Under the pieces are notes generated by a model. It was not told the origin of the DNA, made no database searches, and saw only the letters and a program-made list of their open reading frames with translations. Made by a program: the position numbers and the translations under genes. Positions 39,093 to 50,700 of a stretch of 64,000 nucleotides of DNA are shown here, in pieces. Origin of the DNA: Lingula anatina (Eukaryota; Animalia; Brachiopoda); contig CM120642.1 in the NCBI GenBank assembly GCA_051362555.1, positions 21,576,001 through 21,640,000 of the forward strand, given 5' to 3'. The first letter of the stretch is position 1. Each line of letters begins with the position of its first letter.

Positions 39093-39656
39093 TGCCCCTA
39101 TTTCACACAGACCACGAATCGCCAGGAGTTGACAAATTTCAGGATTCGTGGTTGAATTGTAAACAGTAATGAGTTCGTGAAGTTCTCAACAGATTCGTAT
39201 ATATTCGTAATCAGTTCTTGCAATTCTTGACCAACAAGAATTCGTGGCAAAAACTTTGATGCCCCTATTTCACACAGACCACGAATCCCACGAATCGCCA
39301 GGAATTGACAAATTTCAGGATTCGTGGATGAATCGTAATCAGTTCGTGGAGTTCTTAACAGATTCGTATATAATCGTAGTCAGTTCTTGCAATTCTTGAT
39401 CAATCGGGAATTCGTAGCAAAAATGTTGAGCTGTTCAAAATTTTGGCCACGAACTCCCGATTCCGAAAAAATCATAGTGAATACTTAACAATATTCGTGC
39501 GATTCCAGTCGAATCCCACGAATATTCGTAACACTATCGCACTGTATCGTAGAGCGTGTCGAATTAGGCCAGAGAATTTGCTAAATCTCACGAATCCTCA
39601 CGAATCCTGAAATTTGTCGATTCGTGAAATTCGTGGTCTGTGTGAAAAAGGGGGCA
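39093..39656. mobile_element. MITE, PIF/Harbinger-like, with duplicated left arm
   Basis: tgcccctatttcacacagaccacgaat at 39093 and again at ~39260; right TIR attcgtggtctgtgtgaaaaagggggca; taa on both flanks. Confidence 0.8.
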
Positions 39657-40648
39657 TAAATACAGTTAAACAATGTGCGGGTCTCGTTACAGCACGCTTA
39701 TTTAATGGTTATATCATACAGCAACAAGGAGACAAATTACCTCTAAATCAAACAGCTCCATGAAACGTGCCGTGCATCATTTTTCGGACTTTGTTGTAGC
39801 ACGTATTTGTAAACACAGAGTATATTTACCCCTGGAAATTAACTTAAAATGTGTAAAAGACCGATTTCACACACACACACACACACATAAACATAAAAAT
39901 AAATAAATAAATAAATCACATAACATAACATAACATAACATAACATAACATAAGACCAAAACATTTAGAAATTGCACGCATAATTCCCCGACAAATATAG
40001 TTAATTTTTTTTAATATCCAATCTTGGGTTACATTTGTTGTACATGCGATGTCCGCATGGTGTCCTTGCATTGCCCATATGCTACTCGTGGGGCGTCCGC
40101 TACTTAACTTCAAGGTCATGTGGGAGAAATGGTACGGCGCCCGTACCGAACGTAAGCATGCTAGTCCATAGACACTTACGGTACAAAAATACGGAAAATT
40201 AATTTCTATTTCATCGTACGGCGTCTGTGAAAAATGTAACCTAGGCTTTAGTAGAACGTAAATCTTTACACCTAATGCGTTCGTTTATAGCCGTTTTAAT
40301 CTTTTTTTATTATGGCAGGTGTGATTTTTTTGCATTTTTGCCCAGAAATTGACTAGTTTCTGACAATAATGATGATACCCCCCCACACACACACATTAAC
40401 AATCTCCGACATATGTTCTAAGATATTTTTGTGAACTTTAATCATCATTAAAGATGTTCCTGCTCATAAATGAATTATTTTGTTTTCCGATTTTATTTGT
40501 CTCAGATAAACCTGTTTAAAATATTTTTCTCTTCCCCTCCCTCTCTCGCTCGTTTTCTTAATCTTTGTTGCTAACATTAAATATGTTCTCTGTCACCGTG
40601 AAGACATTTCAAATGAGCAATCTCAGTTAATACGGGAAATGTGCCATA

Positions 40649-40791
40649 GGCTTCCCTCTACCAAGGCCGCAGTTATTGTGCTGTGGATATTATTTGCTTT
40701 TACAGTACAGAGATTAGCCATCTATTTAACCAGAGACGCATCTTTGAATATCTAGTGAAAAATCAATCTATGGCCCTGGTAGAGGGTAGCC
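40649..40791. mobile_element. Short MITE
   Basis: TIRs ggcttccctctaccaaggcc and ggccctggtagagggtagcc; paralogous empty site at ~38490-38590. Confidence 0.78.
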
Positions 40792-41901
40792 AGAGGCTGC
40801 GGTGTGTTGATTATGATGCTGTCTCAACCATGATTGTGATGGACTCCACAAATATCACCCAAATGTGTTAGTAAAGACAACGCGAGACGGGGAGGGGGGA
40901 TGAAATGTTTATAAAGAAATTACCTAATAAATCAATGGAAATGAAAACATGCTATTTTAGTTTCAATTGGATGTTGACGAATCTTTAAGCAGAGAAAGTT
41001 GGATTAAAAGGAAATATGTTGAAATAAATCACCACTAAAATGATGGGTGGGGGGTATGATGATGGTATATAAGGTTTGGGAGAGTCGGAGAAATTGAATT
41101 TTGAGAGCGTTCGGGTGATTAGTGGTGTCTTTTAACTTTAACACACCAGGTTATGCAAACTTTAACAACTTTTGTCTCTAAAAAAACCATGTACAGATTA
41201 TCTTTTTAATTTATATAACCACCGTATGTTTCAGCTATAGTATTCCTAAAGATGAACTTAAAATATGACGTCTATTGAGAAAGAGCGCCATTTCAAAAAT
41301 CGCAGCACTGGAAAACTAATTGGCAAAGCGTGAACGATACGAAAGGAACTAAAATTCAAATGGGCTAAAAATGGAACATAAAGTGCCGACAGAATTTACT
41401 TGGAGTCAAAGTTTGCTATTTTTGAACTATACAAACTGTCAGCGATAATTTTTTTCACATCAAGTATGTTTGCCGACTTGCACGAAATATTGCACATTTT
41501 CATTTATGCACTGGGGCCTATTTGCGTGACAATCCAGAATATACATCAGAAAACATAAAACAGAAGTGCTAATGGATGAGCCGAATTGTCGAACTGTCAA
41601 CATTGGCAATGGAGTAAAATAGTACAGTTTGAAGGACAGAAAGATAATTTTATCTTATTTTTAAATTAAAAATGAACTTGTTACGAAGTGATATATTTGG
41701 GACTTCACAAAGAAATCTGAACAATATTTAAAAAATGTTCCATTTCTTAACTGCCGATTTAATTTTTTCTGTATCATTTTGTATAGTCAAAGTATTTTAG
41801 CAAACTGCTAACAACACAATTTTCTATATCATTTTGTATAGTCAAAGCAATTTAGCAAACTGCTAACAACACATTTATAACCAAGGCGTTTCTTTCTAAT
41901 A

Positions 41902-41938
<37 letters not shown>

Positions 41939-42559
41939 GGGCGGGGGCGTAGGTCGTGCACGGGAATCTTCCTCTCTGGCAATTGTCAATGTTGACAGGT
42001 ATGTAATGGTCCGGGAGAATAGAGGAAGTGGAGTTACAACAGGGTTAATGCTACAGTATTTGTCCTCAGAGTCTGTCTCAACATGATTGTGACGGCGCCC
42101 ATGAATTTCATCATATTGTGCTAGTGAAGACAACGATAAATGATAGAGGGCGCTGATATGATCATTTTCATATAATTTCTCCGGAGTATAATAATAAAAA
42201 TTTTAAAATACTCAAAACTTTTTGTACTTATTAGTTACACTTATTTCAAAACTGTCCAAATTTCTTGAATTTCATTTATATGAAAAAAGAGTACCATGTA
42301 ACAGTGATAACTGTACTTGAAGCCCCTGCATGCGATAGATTTTTTTACTCTGGGAATTCACGTCGAGACGTTGTCTAGGATCAAGAAGCCGAAACAACTA
42401 AAGCTAATTATTTTAAAACTTTTACCTATTTATAATAACACGCTTTATATTAAGGATCATTGGTCTACTTGATCAATGCTTTTATCAAGCTTTATTATTT
42501 TCTCTCGTAGCGACTCATAATATATCATAAATACACCCCAGTAAGTTTGAGAATAGCAA

Positions 42560-42650
42560 AAAATCCACTCGGTTATCAATTTAGTGCCATAACAGTGAAA
42601 TATGCACGGTGACGACGACGGACGCAGGCGATGGCTTTACTTGTACAGCT
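42560..42650 (-). mobile_element. 5' fragment of a relative of Helentron-type family 2
   Basis: Reverse strand reads gccatcgcctgcgtccgtcgtcgtcaccgtgcat, matching gccatcacctgcgtctgtcgtcgccg..ccgtgcac. Confidence 0.5.
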
Positions 42651-44962
42651 ACCGGGTATATACACACATACACTGCATGCGACTTTTGGTAGGCCCCAGA
42701 TAAATAAAGTTTTTTAAGTCGGGCCTAGTCCGTAGTACTATACATGTATTATGTGCAACGAATAACATTTACTTCAATTGGAGAATATCTTCTTTTTGTT
42801 TTATCACTGATTAAAAATATTGTGTTACTTGAAAGCTTAAATAAAATATTGAAAGATCGCTCAACATGAAATGTCTTCTATTTGCCCCTTGTTTTTATTA
42901 TTATTATTTATTCACTTTGAAATTTTCCTTGGTGGGATGGTCTACGTTACATTTACTTCAATTTTGCTGAGAGGTTAGAACAGGAAACATAACGAACTTT
43001 GTACATTTACAGTGTATGGTTGATATGTTTATATTTAGTACAGTGTTGATTGATGGCCAGATGGGTCAGAAGACCACGCGAGAACAGATTCAAACGGAGG
43101 AATATGTAGTCTGTGACTGCATACTGACGGCTGAGTGCCCAGATCAATTTCGTTCAATACACAAATTTGAAGAACGTTTTCGCTAGTCTTCGAATTACGG
43201 ACGCACGTAAATGTAGACCTTGTTTGGCTAAATATTAGTAAAATATTGTTAAAACCTGTATATAATAATATAGATTGCTGATGTTATTGTATGTGGGAAT
43301 AAAACCACCAAACAGACGCAGACCGTGAACAGACCGACAACATTCGAAAAGGAAATTAATCTTCTGAGAGAATTTGTTTTGAGGTGATCATTAATTTGCA
43401 TAATGCTAAACAAATACAAAACAAATGAGGACTAAGAGATACAGATTTCAGTCGTTTTTATGCGTATAATTTACCACGCGTCATCGTAAAAAACTGAATG
43501 AACATTTTAATTTAAACGATCTGATTTGCAACGTATTGTTGATTTTCAGTTTTTTTATATATTCTTTTCCTTTTATCATTATTTTTCCTCGTCAATATGC
43601 TGTCTTTATTAATTTGTTTCCAATTCCTCATTTATTTTTTTATTTTTTTATTCATGCATTTTTAATCAAATTAATACTACCATTTCTCTATTTTTTTCTG
43701 AAAGCAAACAAACATAATTTTATCTGCATTTCGTTTGATGTTAGGGAGGATTCTGAATAAGAGGTTAAGCAAATAATAATGAAACTGGTAAAAAAAGATA
43801 AGTTTCGAAACTTATTTATTTCTGTCAAGGGCAGTGGTAAATCAATTAAAACTTCCAGTAATTTCATCAAAGAGATACCTGAATGAGTGAGATTATCTGT
43901 TTCCCCTCCTCTGCCTGGATATAGAATTTTATGAAAAGCTGGCATTTATAATTTTTCTCAATATCACATTTAAAATCTCATTATTATATTCATTTCAGCG
44001 GGGAATTGTCCGGGGGGGGGGGGGGGGGGTACCTGGATAGATGTTTGAGCTCTTATATTATCTGAAGACCAAGATGAATAAGGACATTTGAAGTTTTTTT
44101 TCCAAATAATACGTCCACAAAATTGCTTTGGGAAGATAACGATTAAGAATTTTAAGTTGACTTATCAACTCTATCATGTATGGCAGCAGTTTCAATAAAA
44201 ATTTGTTCGGGACTTGTTAGAGTGTTAGAGCTGAAAGATCTGCAGGTGGTGTTAGTAAACACCTAATTTGTTTATATGGCCCCACTTCTAGGCAGCATAC
44301 CAATTTGACTATATTTTTAAAGTCAACAACAACTCCATGGGCGTAACTAGGCATACGCACGGATGCACTGTGCGTACAATTTTTTGAGCCAATCATGATA
44401 TTATTCTCTATAAATTTAGTGTATTTTTCACGAAAAATAATCGAAAATCCTCTTCGATTGCAAGTTAGAGTCACCTGAATGTACAAATCTTCTGTATGAA
44501 TCGTATACGCACCATTGTTCTGACGCCCCCCGTCTCGTTTGCTTTCACAGAGCTGAGGTAAATAAACAATACTAGCTACCTCCAGAAGTCCTATCTTCCT
44601 TTGCCTCTTAATTGGTAGCCTTTGTCTTAAGTGTGTCGAATGCACACTCGCTGGCGAGATTTATCTCAGATAAAAATCTACCTGTGTTATTTTCAAAGAG
44701 CAGCTCCAGCAGACCTGGGGACACTAGATAAAATCTGGACAACGGGCTTTATCAGGAGCCAGAGAAACAAAAAAAATATTTCCTGCAAAGCTCTAAAGAA
44801 TTTTGACACGGACTTGACCCGGCTTAACCCTCTAAACTAACAGGGTGATATGGGCAATTTTCACAAACAAACAGAGCTTTATCCTGTAATATAATTATTT
44901 GATTTTGGATGATACCATATATAAGTTCAACTTTTAGAAGATTCATCATTAAGCTGACCATG

Positions 44963-45411
44963 CAGGGCCGTAGCCTGAGCAAAATGCCAGGGGGGGGGGG
45001 GGCAGTAAGCGGACACGAGGGGGCGAAGCCCCCTAGGGGGGAGGGGGTGCCCCCCTCCCACGGTGTGGAAAATTTTTAAAAACTGTATGTATAATACTGC
45101 ATTCTGGTGCATTTTAAATGTTATTTATTAGTCAATCAGAAGTCAGAAATTGTGGGTTCATTTTGCCATAAGTACAGTCATTTTTTTCACACAACACGGA
45201 GGGTGAGCTTTTTGGCATAAACTGAGTTGGCTAAAAACAGTACACCTTTGTAAACAGATTGTTGAATGATTGTATAGTGGCCATGAGTGCCTTTTCTCAC
45301 AGAATTGATACAAACTTTGCAATTATTTTTTTTACCTTTGCGATCATTTGCACCCCAATTTCCAGGGGGGGGGCAGCTGCCCCCCCCTGCCCCCCGGAGG
45401 CTACGGCCCTG
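44963..45411 (+). mobile_element. Complete MITE with 13-bp TIR and 5-bp TSD
   Basis: cagggccgtagcc and ggctacggccctg; ccatg on both flanks. Confidence 0.9.
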
Positions 45412-46361
45412 CCATGGATAGCAAGAAGGTGTAAGAATCCTACAACGATCAACTGTTCTTAAGATTATTTTCTGACAACTCGGGATAACCGCAACAAACC
45501 ACATCGAACAAAGGTGCCTCACCGTTATTTAGAATTTAGCTTGATACAGGTTTTAGTAACAACCCAAACTGAATTGCTTGGTCTACTTTTAGCCCTGCCA
45601 AGTGACAGTGAGTATTGTATTGTGTAAGTTTGACCAAGGACGTGTAAGTTTGACCAAGGACGCGGGTAGAAGGCCCTAGGGTTGACCAAATATGACACCA
45701 TGACGCTGTCTCTGCGGCAGGGACATGGTGGCAACAGAGCAGAGAGTCTGGTTCATAAAGGGATGATCTGTTGTAAAATCTATTGCATGATTCGTTAAAT
45801 ATTAACATAAGAATATAAGTGATCCATTAAGATATATTAAAAGGTGGACCTATCACTGTAAATATGCCACTATCAAAGATAGGCGTTCTGCAGTTAGATT
45901 GCCTGTTATGTACAAATTAATATTTATTACAACTTATGCGGTAGCATGTACTGGTGTAAATGAACAACAAGAGGTCGCTAAACTACAGTAAAATCTTACA
46001 AGTGGCTTGTTTCCAAATAATATTTCTATTCAAAGAGGACAGTGTACAGGATAGGTAGTGTATGGTGGCTGATTAGTAGTGTGCTAGGAACCGTAGTCCG
46101 TTCCCCATTTCTTTGTACAGATGACATTCGTCCCATATACTAACCCCAATACTTCCACTAACCCTAACGTGTACTAATTATCATATGGGAAACGGGACGC
46201 AGCTTCGTTCAAATTTCCATAAACTTCGTTTTATCGTGGACTTCATGAATACTTGTGGCCGTCACATTTCAAAAGATTTTGGGGTTGTTTGTGTTGTTAT
46301 TTATGTTTTGTTAGTCCTGGGGTGGGGTGGGGGGGGGGGGGCTGAGGGGTTGCTGTTCTGG

Positions 46362-46480
46362 AAAGCATCACGCGCTGCGACCCAGAGCAAGAGTCTCGAT
46401 TCCATAACCCCCATAAGGGGCGAGTATGGGTGAGTTATGGAATCTAGACGCTTTTGCTCGGTCACAATGCGCAATGCTTT
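46362..46480. repeat. Imperfect ~120-bp inverted repeat (fold-back)
   Basis: aaagcatcacgcgctgcgacccagagcaagagtctcgattccataac pairs with gttatggaatctagacgcttttgctcggtcacaatgcgcaatgcttt. Confidence 0.7.
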
Positions 46481-46865
46481 GGAATTACGGGACCCTGTTC
46501 TGTCGAAGAGCGAGAGCCATGTTCATTTAAAAAACTAGTAAAATACTACGGAAGCCGACTGGTGCCATATGTTGAAAAAATTTTTTTATCTCGAAATTTC
46601 GAGATAGCATTTTGAAATTTGAACAAAAAAAATTTCATCTCGAAATTTCGAGGTAGCATTTTGAAATTTGAATTAAAAAAAATAATAATAGATAAAATAC
46701 CCACAATGCATGAGGGATGTGAAACCGGAACTACACGAGAAAGCCTCATGCTTTACATTCATTCATCTTAGCCTATCTGTTATGCCCGAAAAAGCTGTTT
46801 TTTTGTAGAGTCACATAAATTTGACCAAAGGGACTCAATTATTTCTGCCAACGGGAAGTAACGAT

Positions 46866-46945
46866 ATGGACCAGGATTTGGAAGACTTCATGAGGGGAAG
46901 AGGGATTAGCGACACCCAAATTAATAAGCTATATTGGAAGAAAAG
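46866..46945 (+). pseudogene. Probable first exon of the HECT gene (SAM-like start), apparently frameshifted
   Basis: MDQDLEDFMRGRGISDTQINKL..LEEK followed by donor aag|gtatgt. The 80-nt length does not fit the phase-0 HECT exon, so either a 2-nt insertion or missing middle exons. Confidence 0.45.
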
Positions 46946-49392
46946 GTATGTTTAGACACGTTTAGCAGCAGAATTTTTTGGATTTAAAGGAAGCACTACT
47001 GCAGTAGTTAGAATCCTATATCGTTATATCCTATATCGTTAGAAACCTATAGTATATTGTAAAAATATACCAGTAGTACGTGTTCTTTCCTCAGAATGGA
47101 GTGCATACATTGTACTGGTACTACATGTAGTACTCCCATTGGGGGTAGTGATCACAGTTCACGGGAAGTAAAATTCACAAATCACAGTGAATAAAAAAAC
47201 TAAAAATTTCGAATCACCGGGTATAATTATCGCATTCCACGAAGGTCACAGAATAAAAAGTTGCATTCATGTGTCAGGGAAATGGGGAGCTTCACAGATG
47301 GGACCTTTGTTTACCTCTGACATTGATATCTGAGCAAGAGATAAAAGGCACTCTGAACTTTTTGTTTTATTATACTGATTGTCCACCAAATTATTCTAGA
47401 ATAACCATCTCAGTGTTAATACAAACATGTCAACCATTGACGGACCTATTCCCATACATTTTTACGCAATGACACAACCAGCCATCCAAGGCTCCTATCC
47501 AATTTTATAATTCAGGGCTCAACATAGGTACTGGCATTACTTGCCTGGTGCAAAAAAATCTGATCAAAAAACACCTCACTGACTTTTTTTATTTTATATC
47601 CATTGATGTTTTAGTGCTCTCCACAATATACTCTCACTCCACCCTCTATATCTCACATTATAAACAACCCTTTATGCATTAATTTATTTTACTGATACAA
47701 ATGTTGTTCTCCAAATTTTTGGTGTGTTTATTCCTCTGTATGTGAGTGATGTTAAGGCAAAAAAAAAAAAAAAAAAAATTAGGATTAAAAAAATAATAAT
47801 TTAGGAAAAATAGTAAAAATTAGTAAGCATCTGGGAAGGACGTGAAATGGACATGGAATTTTAACGTTCAACTTTAACACCAAAACTCTGCTCTGTCTGT
47901 GGAGATATTCTAAAAATCAAAGCAAAATATAAATATTTGATTATTTCTCTTTCTAAATATGTGTAAAGTGTATTTCCAAAATTTTTTTTAATTTGAAAAT
48001 TTTGCAGATCTATATAAAAATCAAGTAGGCATCTGGGAAGGACACATTTGGGAAGGACATTTTGTCCATTGCTAAAAAAATGTGAAACAAGGCTAAATAG
48101 AAATATTTAATGATATATTTACTGTGCCAAGATAAGTTTGATGAATGACATCAAAAGTAAGCAGAGTCTTCTTTGATCATATATTTCATCACCAAACATT
48201 TGACTATTTTTGGCTATGATAAAAGGTCTCATCTTCTATGATTATGATTGAATAGTATTGTGACATTTTATAGTAAGTCTAACCAAATTCATTGATTAAA
48301 ATTTTATATATTGTCTAGATTATAATAATTTCAAAATTATTCATTCAAATGAAATGTTTCAAAGTTAAAAAATATTTGGTAGATAATTTAAAGTTCTAGA
48401 TTATCTTGAAAAGACATAAGGGTTTGGGTGTCATTGGTCACATGACCTCTTATTGTCCTATCAAAATGCCTCATGCCCTAACAAAATGCTGGGTGTTATT
48501 CTGAAATGATTATTAATTTTTATTTAATTTCTCATTGAAATGTTTCTTATTAAAATTTCTTTCATGGGTTGTTGACCCATGTCATGTTTGAGGAGAATGT
48601 GAAGTGAAAAATTTTTAGCTTTTGTATTACTGAGAAAGCTTAAAAAATACCGGTAGGTACCAAAATCATCTAGGAAGGACAAATTGATATTAATTAATCC
48701 ATTATTTCCTAATTAAATAAATTTTCATCAAATGCTCTTGGCCAAATATGGGAAATAACCTATATTAAATGTCTTAAGCCTTTATTATTAAAAATGATCA
48801 ATATTTTGAAAACCATATCAAAAATAAAAATGTCCTTCCCAAACACTATTTTATAATTTTTCCAGATAAAAGTGTCAATAAAGTCATAATTAATCATCAA
48901 AACCTAAAAATTATTTTGGATTCTGGTGTCTTGGGATGTCTGATTTCAGAAATTGTAAGTTTTGTAAGTAGCAGTCTTTTTTGAAATTTTAAGGTCTGCA
49001 GACCAAATACCACGGAATGGCCCTTAAATAAATTTTTAAAAGCACTCCACACGCCACAGGCAGCAGTGACCTACTTTTGGTATGAAGCATGTGTAAACAA
49101 CTATGACTGTGAAAACTAATTACTGTAGCCATGTATAAAATGATGTGGTCTGTGCCACAGTGTGGACACCTTCAAATGGTGCAAAGGCAAATTTATTTAT
49201 ATAACAGGCTGAGATAGTAACACTTTATCTTAAAAATACATAGCCATTCCACATTTTGCAATTATGGCAAAAGTAATGTATTACTAAGTGGCTTAGCTGT
49301 GAACAGCCTTTTAAAGATACAAGTAAATGTTTTTGTGAGTGTCAGTGTACATGCCATTTCCCTCCATTAATAACATTCCTTTTCTATTGCAG

Positions 49393-50700
49393 ATGGACAA
49401 GGAAGTGGTGACACCTGCAGAAACAGAAAATCCATCAACAATGCCTATAGAAATGTCACCTGCCCAAAAGAGTGATATTCAGGATTCACAAGATTTCCTT
49501 GATTCGCCAATATGCTTTGAAGGTCATTATACTGATGGTGAAATCTCCTTTTATATACCAGTACACAGTGAAATGCCAATACTCACAGAAGCAGAAAATG
49601 CTACTGCTGTGGTGGTAGACGATGACACCATGCCACAGAATGAAGGGCCTTCTGTTGTGTCTATGGCCGCATTGAATGATGCAACAACTGAAAAAAGTCC
49701 ATATTCTGTTCAAATGATAGTTCACATGGGGACATCTTCCTTCTTTGAAGTTATGTCTTACTTTAAAGATCCTGAAATATCAGATAAACTCATAACAATC
49801 ACCAGGATTCTAAGTAATGGTGAGAGGGAAATAGCAGAAGATACTGGGGGAGTTCTCCGCGACGTGCTGACTGAATTTTGGCAAACTTTCTACCAAATGT
49901 GCACGGTTGGCCGTGAAGTTAAGGTTCCTGCTCTACGCCATGACCTAGGTGAAACTGAATGGCAGGCAATTGGCAGAGTCCTTCTGTATGGGTTTAAGTA
50001 CACTGGGTACTGGCCTATCAAGCTTTCAAAAGCATTTCTCTTTTCAGTCATCTGTAGTGATGAGGAAGAAGTCAAATCATGCTTGCTTGAAGACTTTTGG
50101 AAGTTTGTACCAAAACAAGACATGGAGGTTCTTCACCAGGCCTATGAAAACTACACACAAGTTGATGAGGATGAATTATTGGACTGTCTAGAGACATATG
50201 AATGTAGAGCAAAACCAAAAGAAGACAACATCAGATCTGTAATCCTTGAAATTGCACACACGCAATTGATCCAAAAACCAACATTTGTTGGTAATTGCAT
50301 GAGGGAATGTCTCTTGGATGCAAAGATTAACCCCAACAAAATTGAGGAAATTTACAGCAATGTTTATCCCACTTCTCGAAGAGTGATCAAGTCTTTCAAA
50401 TTTCCTGAGTTTATGGATGCAATGGAGTCAGAAGTTGCAAAACACATTAAAAGATATGTCAAAGACGCAGATGGTGACAAATTAGGACAATTCCTAAGAT
50501 ATTGTACAGGATCAGATCTGTTAACAGTGCCGCAGATTTCTGTGGAATTCTCATCTCTCACTGGTTTTCAGAGGCGCCCAGTAGCACACACATGTGGGTG
50601 TGTCCTCCAACTACCAAGGCTGTGCGAAAGTTACATGGACTTTAGGTACGAATTTGATAACATTCTAAACCAAAACATATGGGTTATGGACATTGTGTAA
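49393..50700 (+). CDS. HECT-domain E3 ubiquitin ligase (G2E3-like), uninterrupted terminal exon, transposon cargo
   Basis: Acceptor ttgcag|ATG, then 435 open codons. HECT motifs AEDTGGVLRDVLTEFW, GYWPIKLSKAF, FLRYCTGSD and RRPVAHTCGCVLQLP (catalytic Cys codon 50593-50595) near the C-terminus. Confidence 0.85.
   Translation: MDKEVVTPAETENPSTMPIEMSPAQKSDIQDSQDFLDSPICFEGHYTDGEISFYIPVHSEMPILTEAENATAVVVDDDTMPQNEGPSVVSMAALNDATTEKSPYSVQMIVHMGTSSFFEVMSYFKDPEISDKLITITRILSNGEREIAEDTGGVLRDVLTEFWQTFYQMCTVGREVKVPALRHDLGETEWQAIGRVLLYGFKYTGYWPIKLSKAFLFSVICSDEEEVKSCLLEDFWKFVPKQDMEVLHQAYENYTQVDEDELLDCLETYECRAKPKEDNIRSVILEIAHTQLIQKPTFVGNCMRECLLDAKINPNKIEEIYSNVYPTSRRVIKSFKFPEFMDAMESEVAKHIKRYVKDADGDKLGQFLRYCTGSDLLTVPQISVEFSSLTGFQRRPVAHTCGCVLQLPRLCESYMDFRYEFDNILNQNIWVMDIV

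Noticed and set aside
47500-49025. Defined secondary insertions inside the IS3EU-like element
   Set aside because: Terminus-like motifs (cagggctc at ~47513, ttaaggc at ~47752, gcccttaa at ~49020) exist, but I could not pair TIRs or TSDs.
49339-49392. ORF-track N-terminus MSVYMPFPSINNIPFLLQ of the HECT ORF
   Set aside because: GTG start and a polypyrimidine tract ending ttgcag indicate intron sequence.
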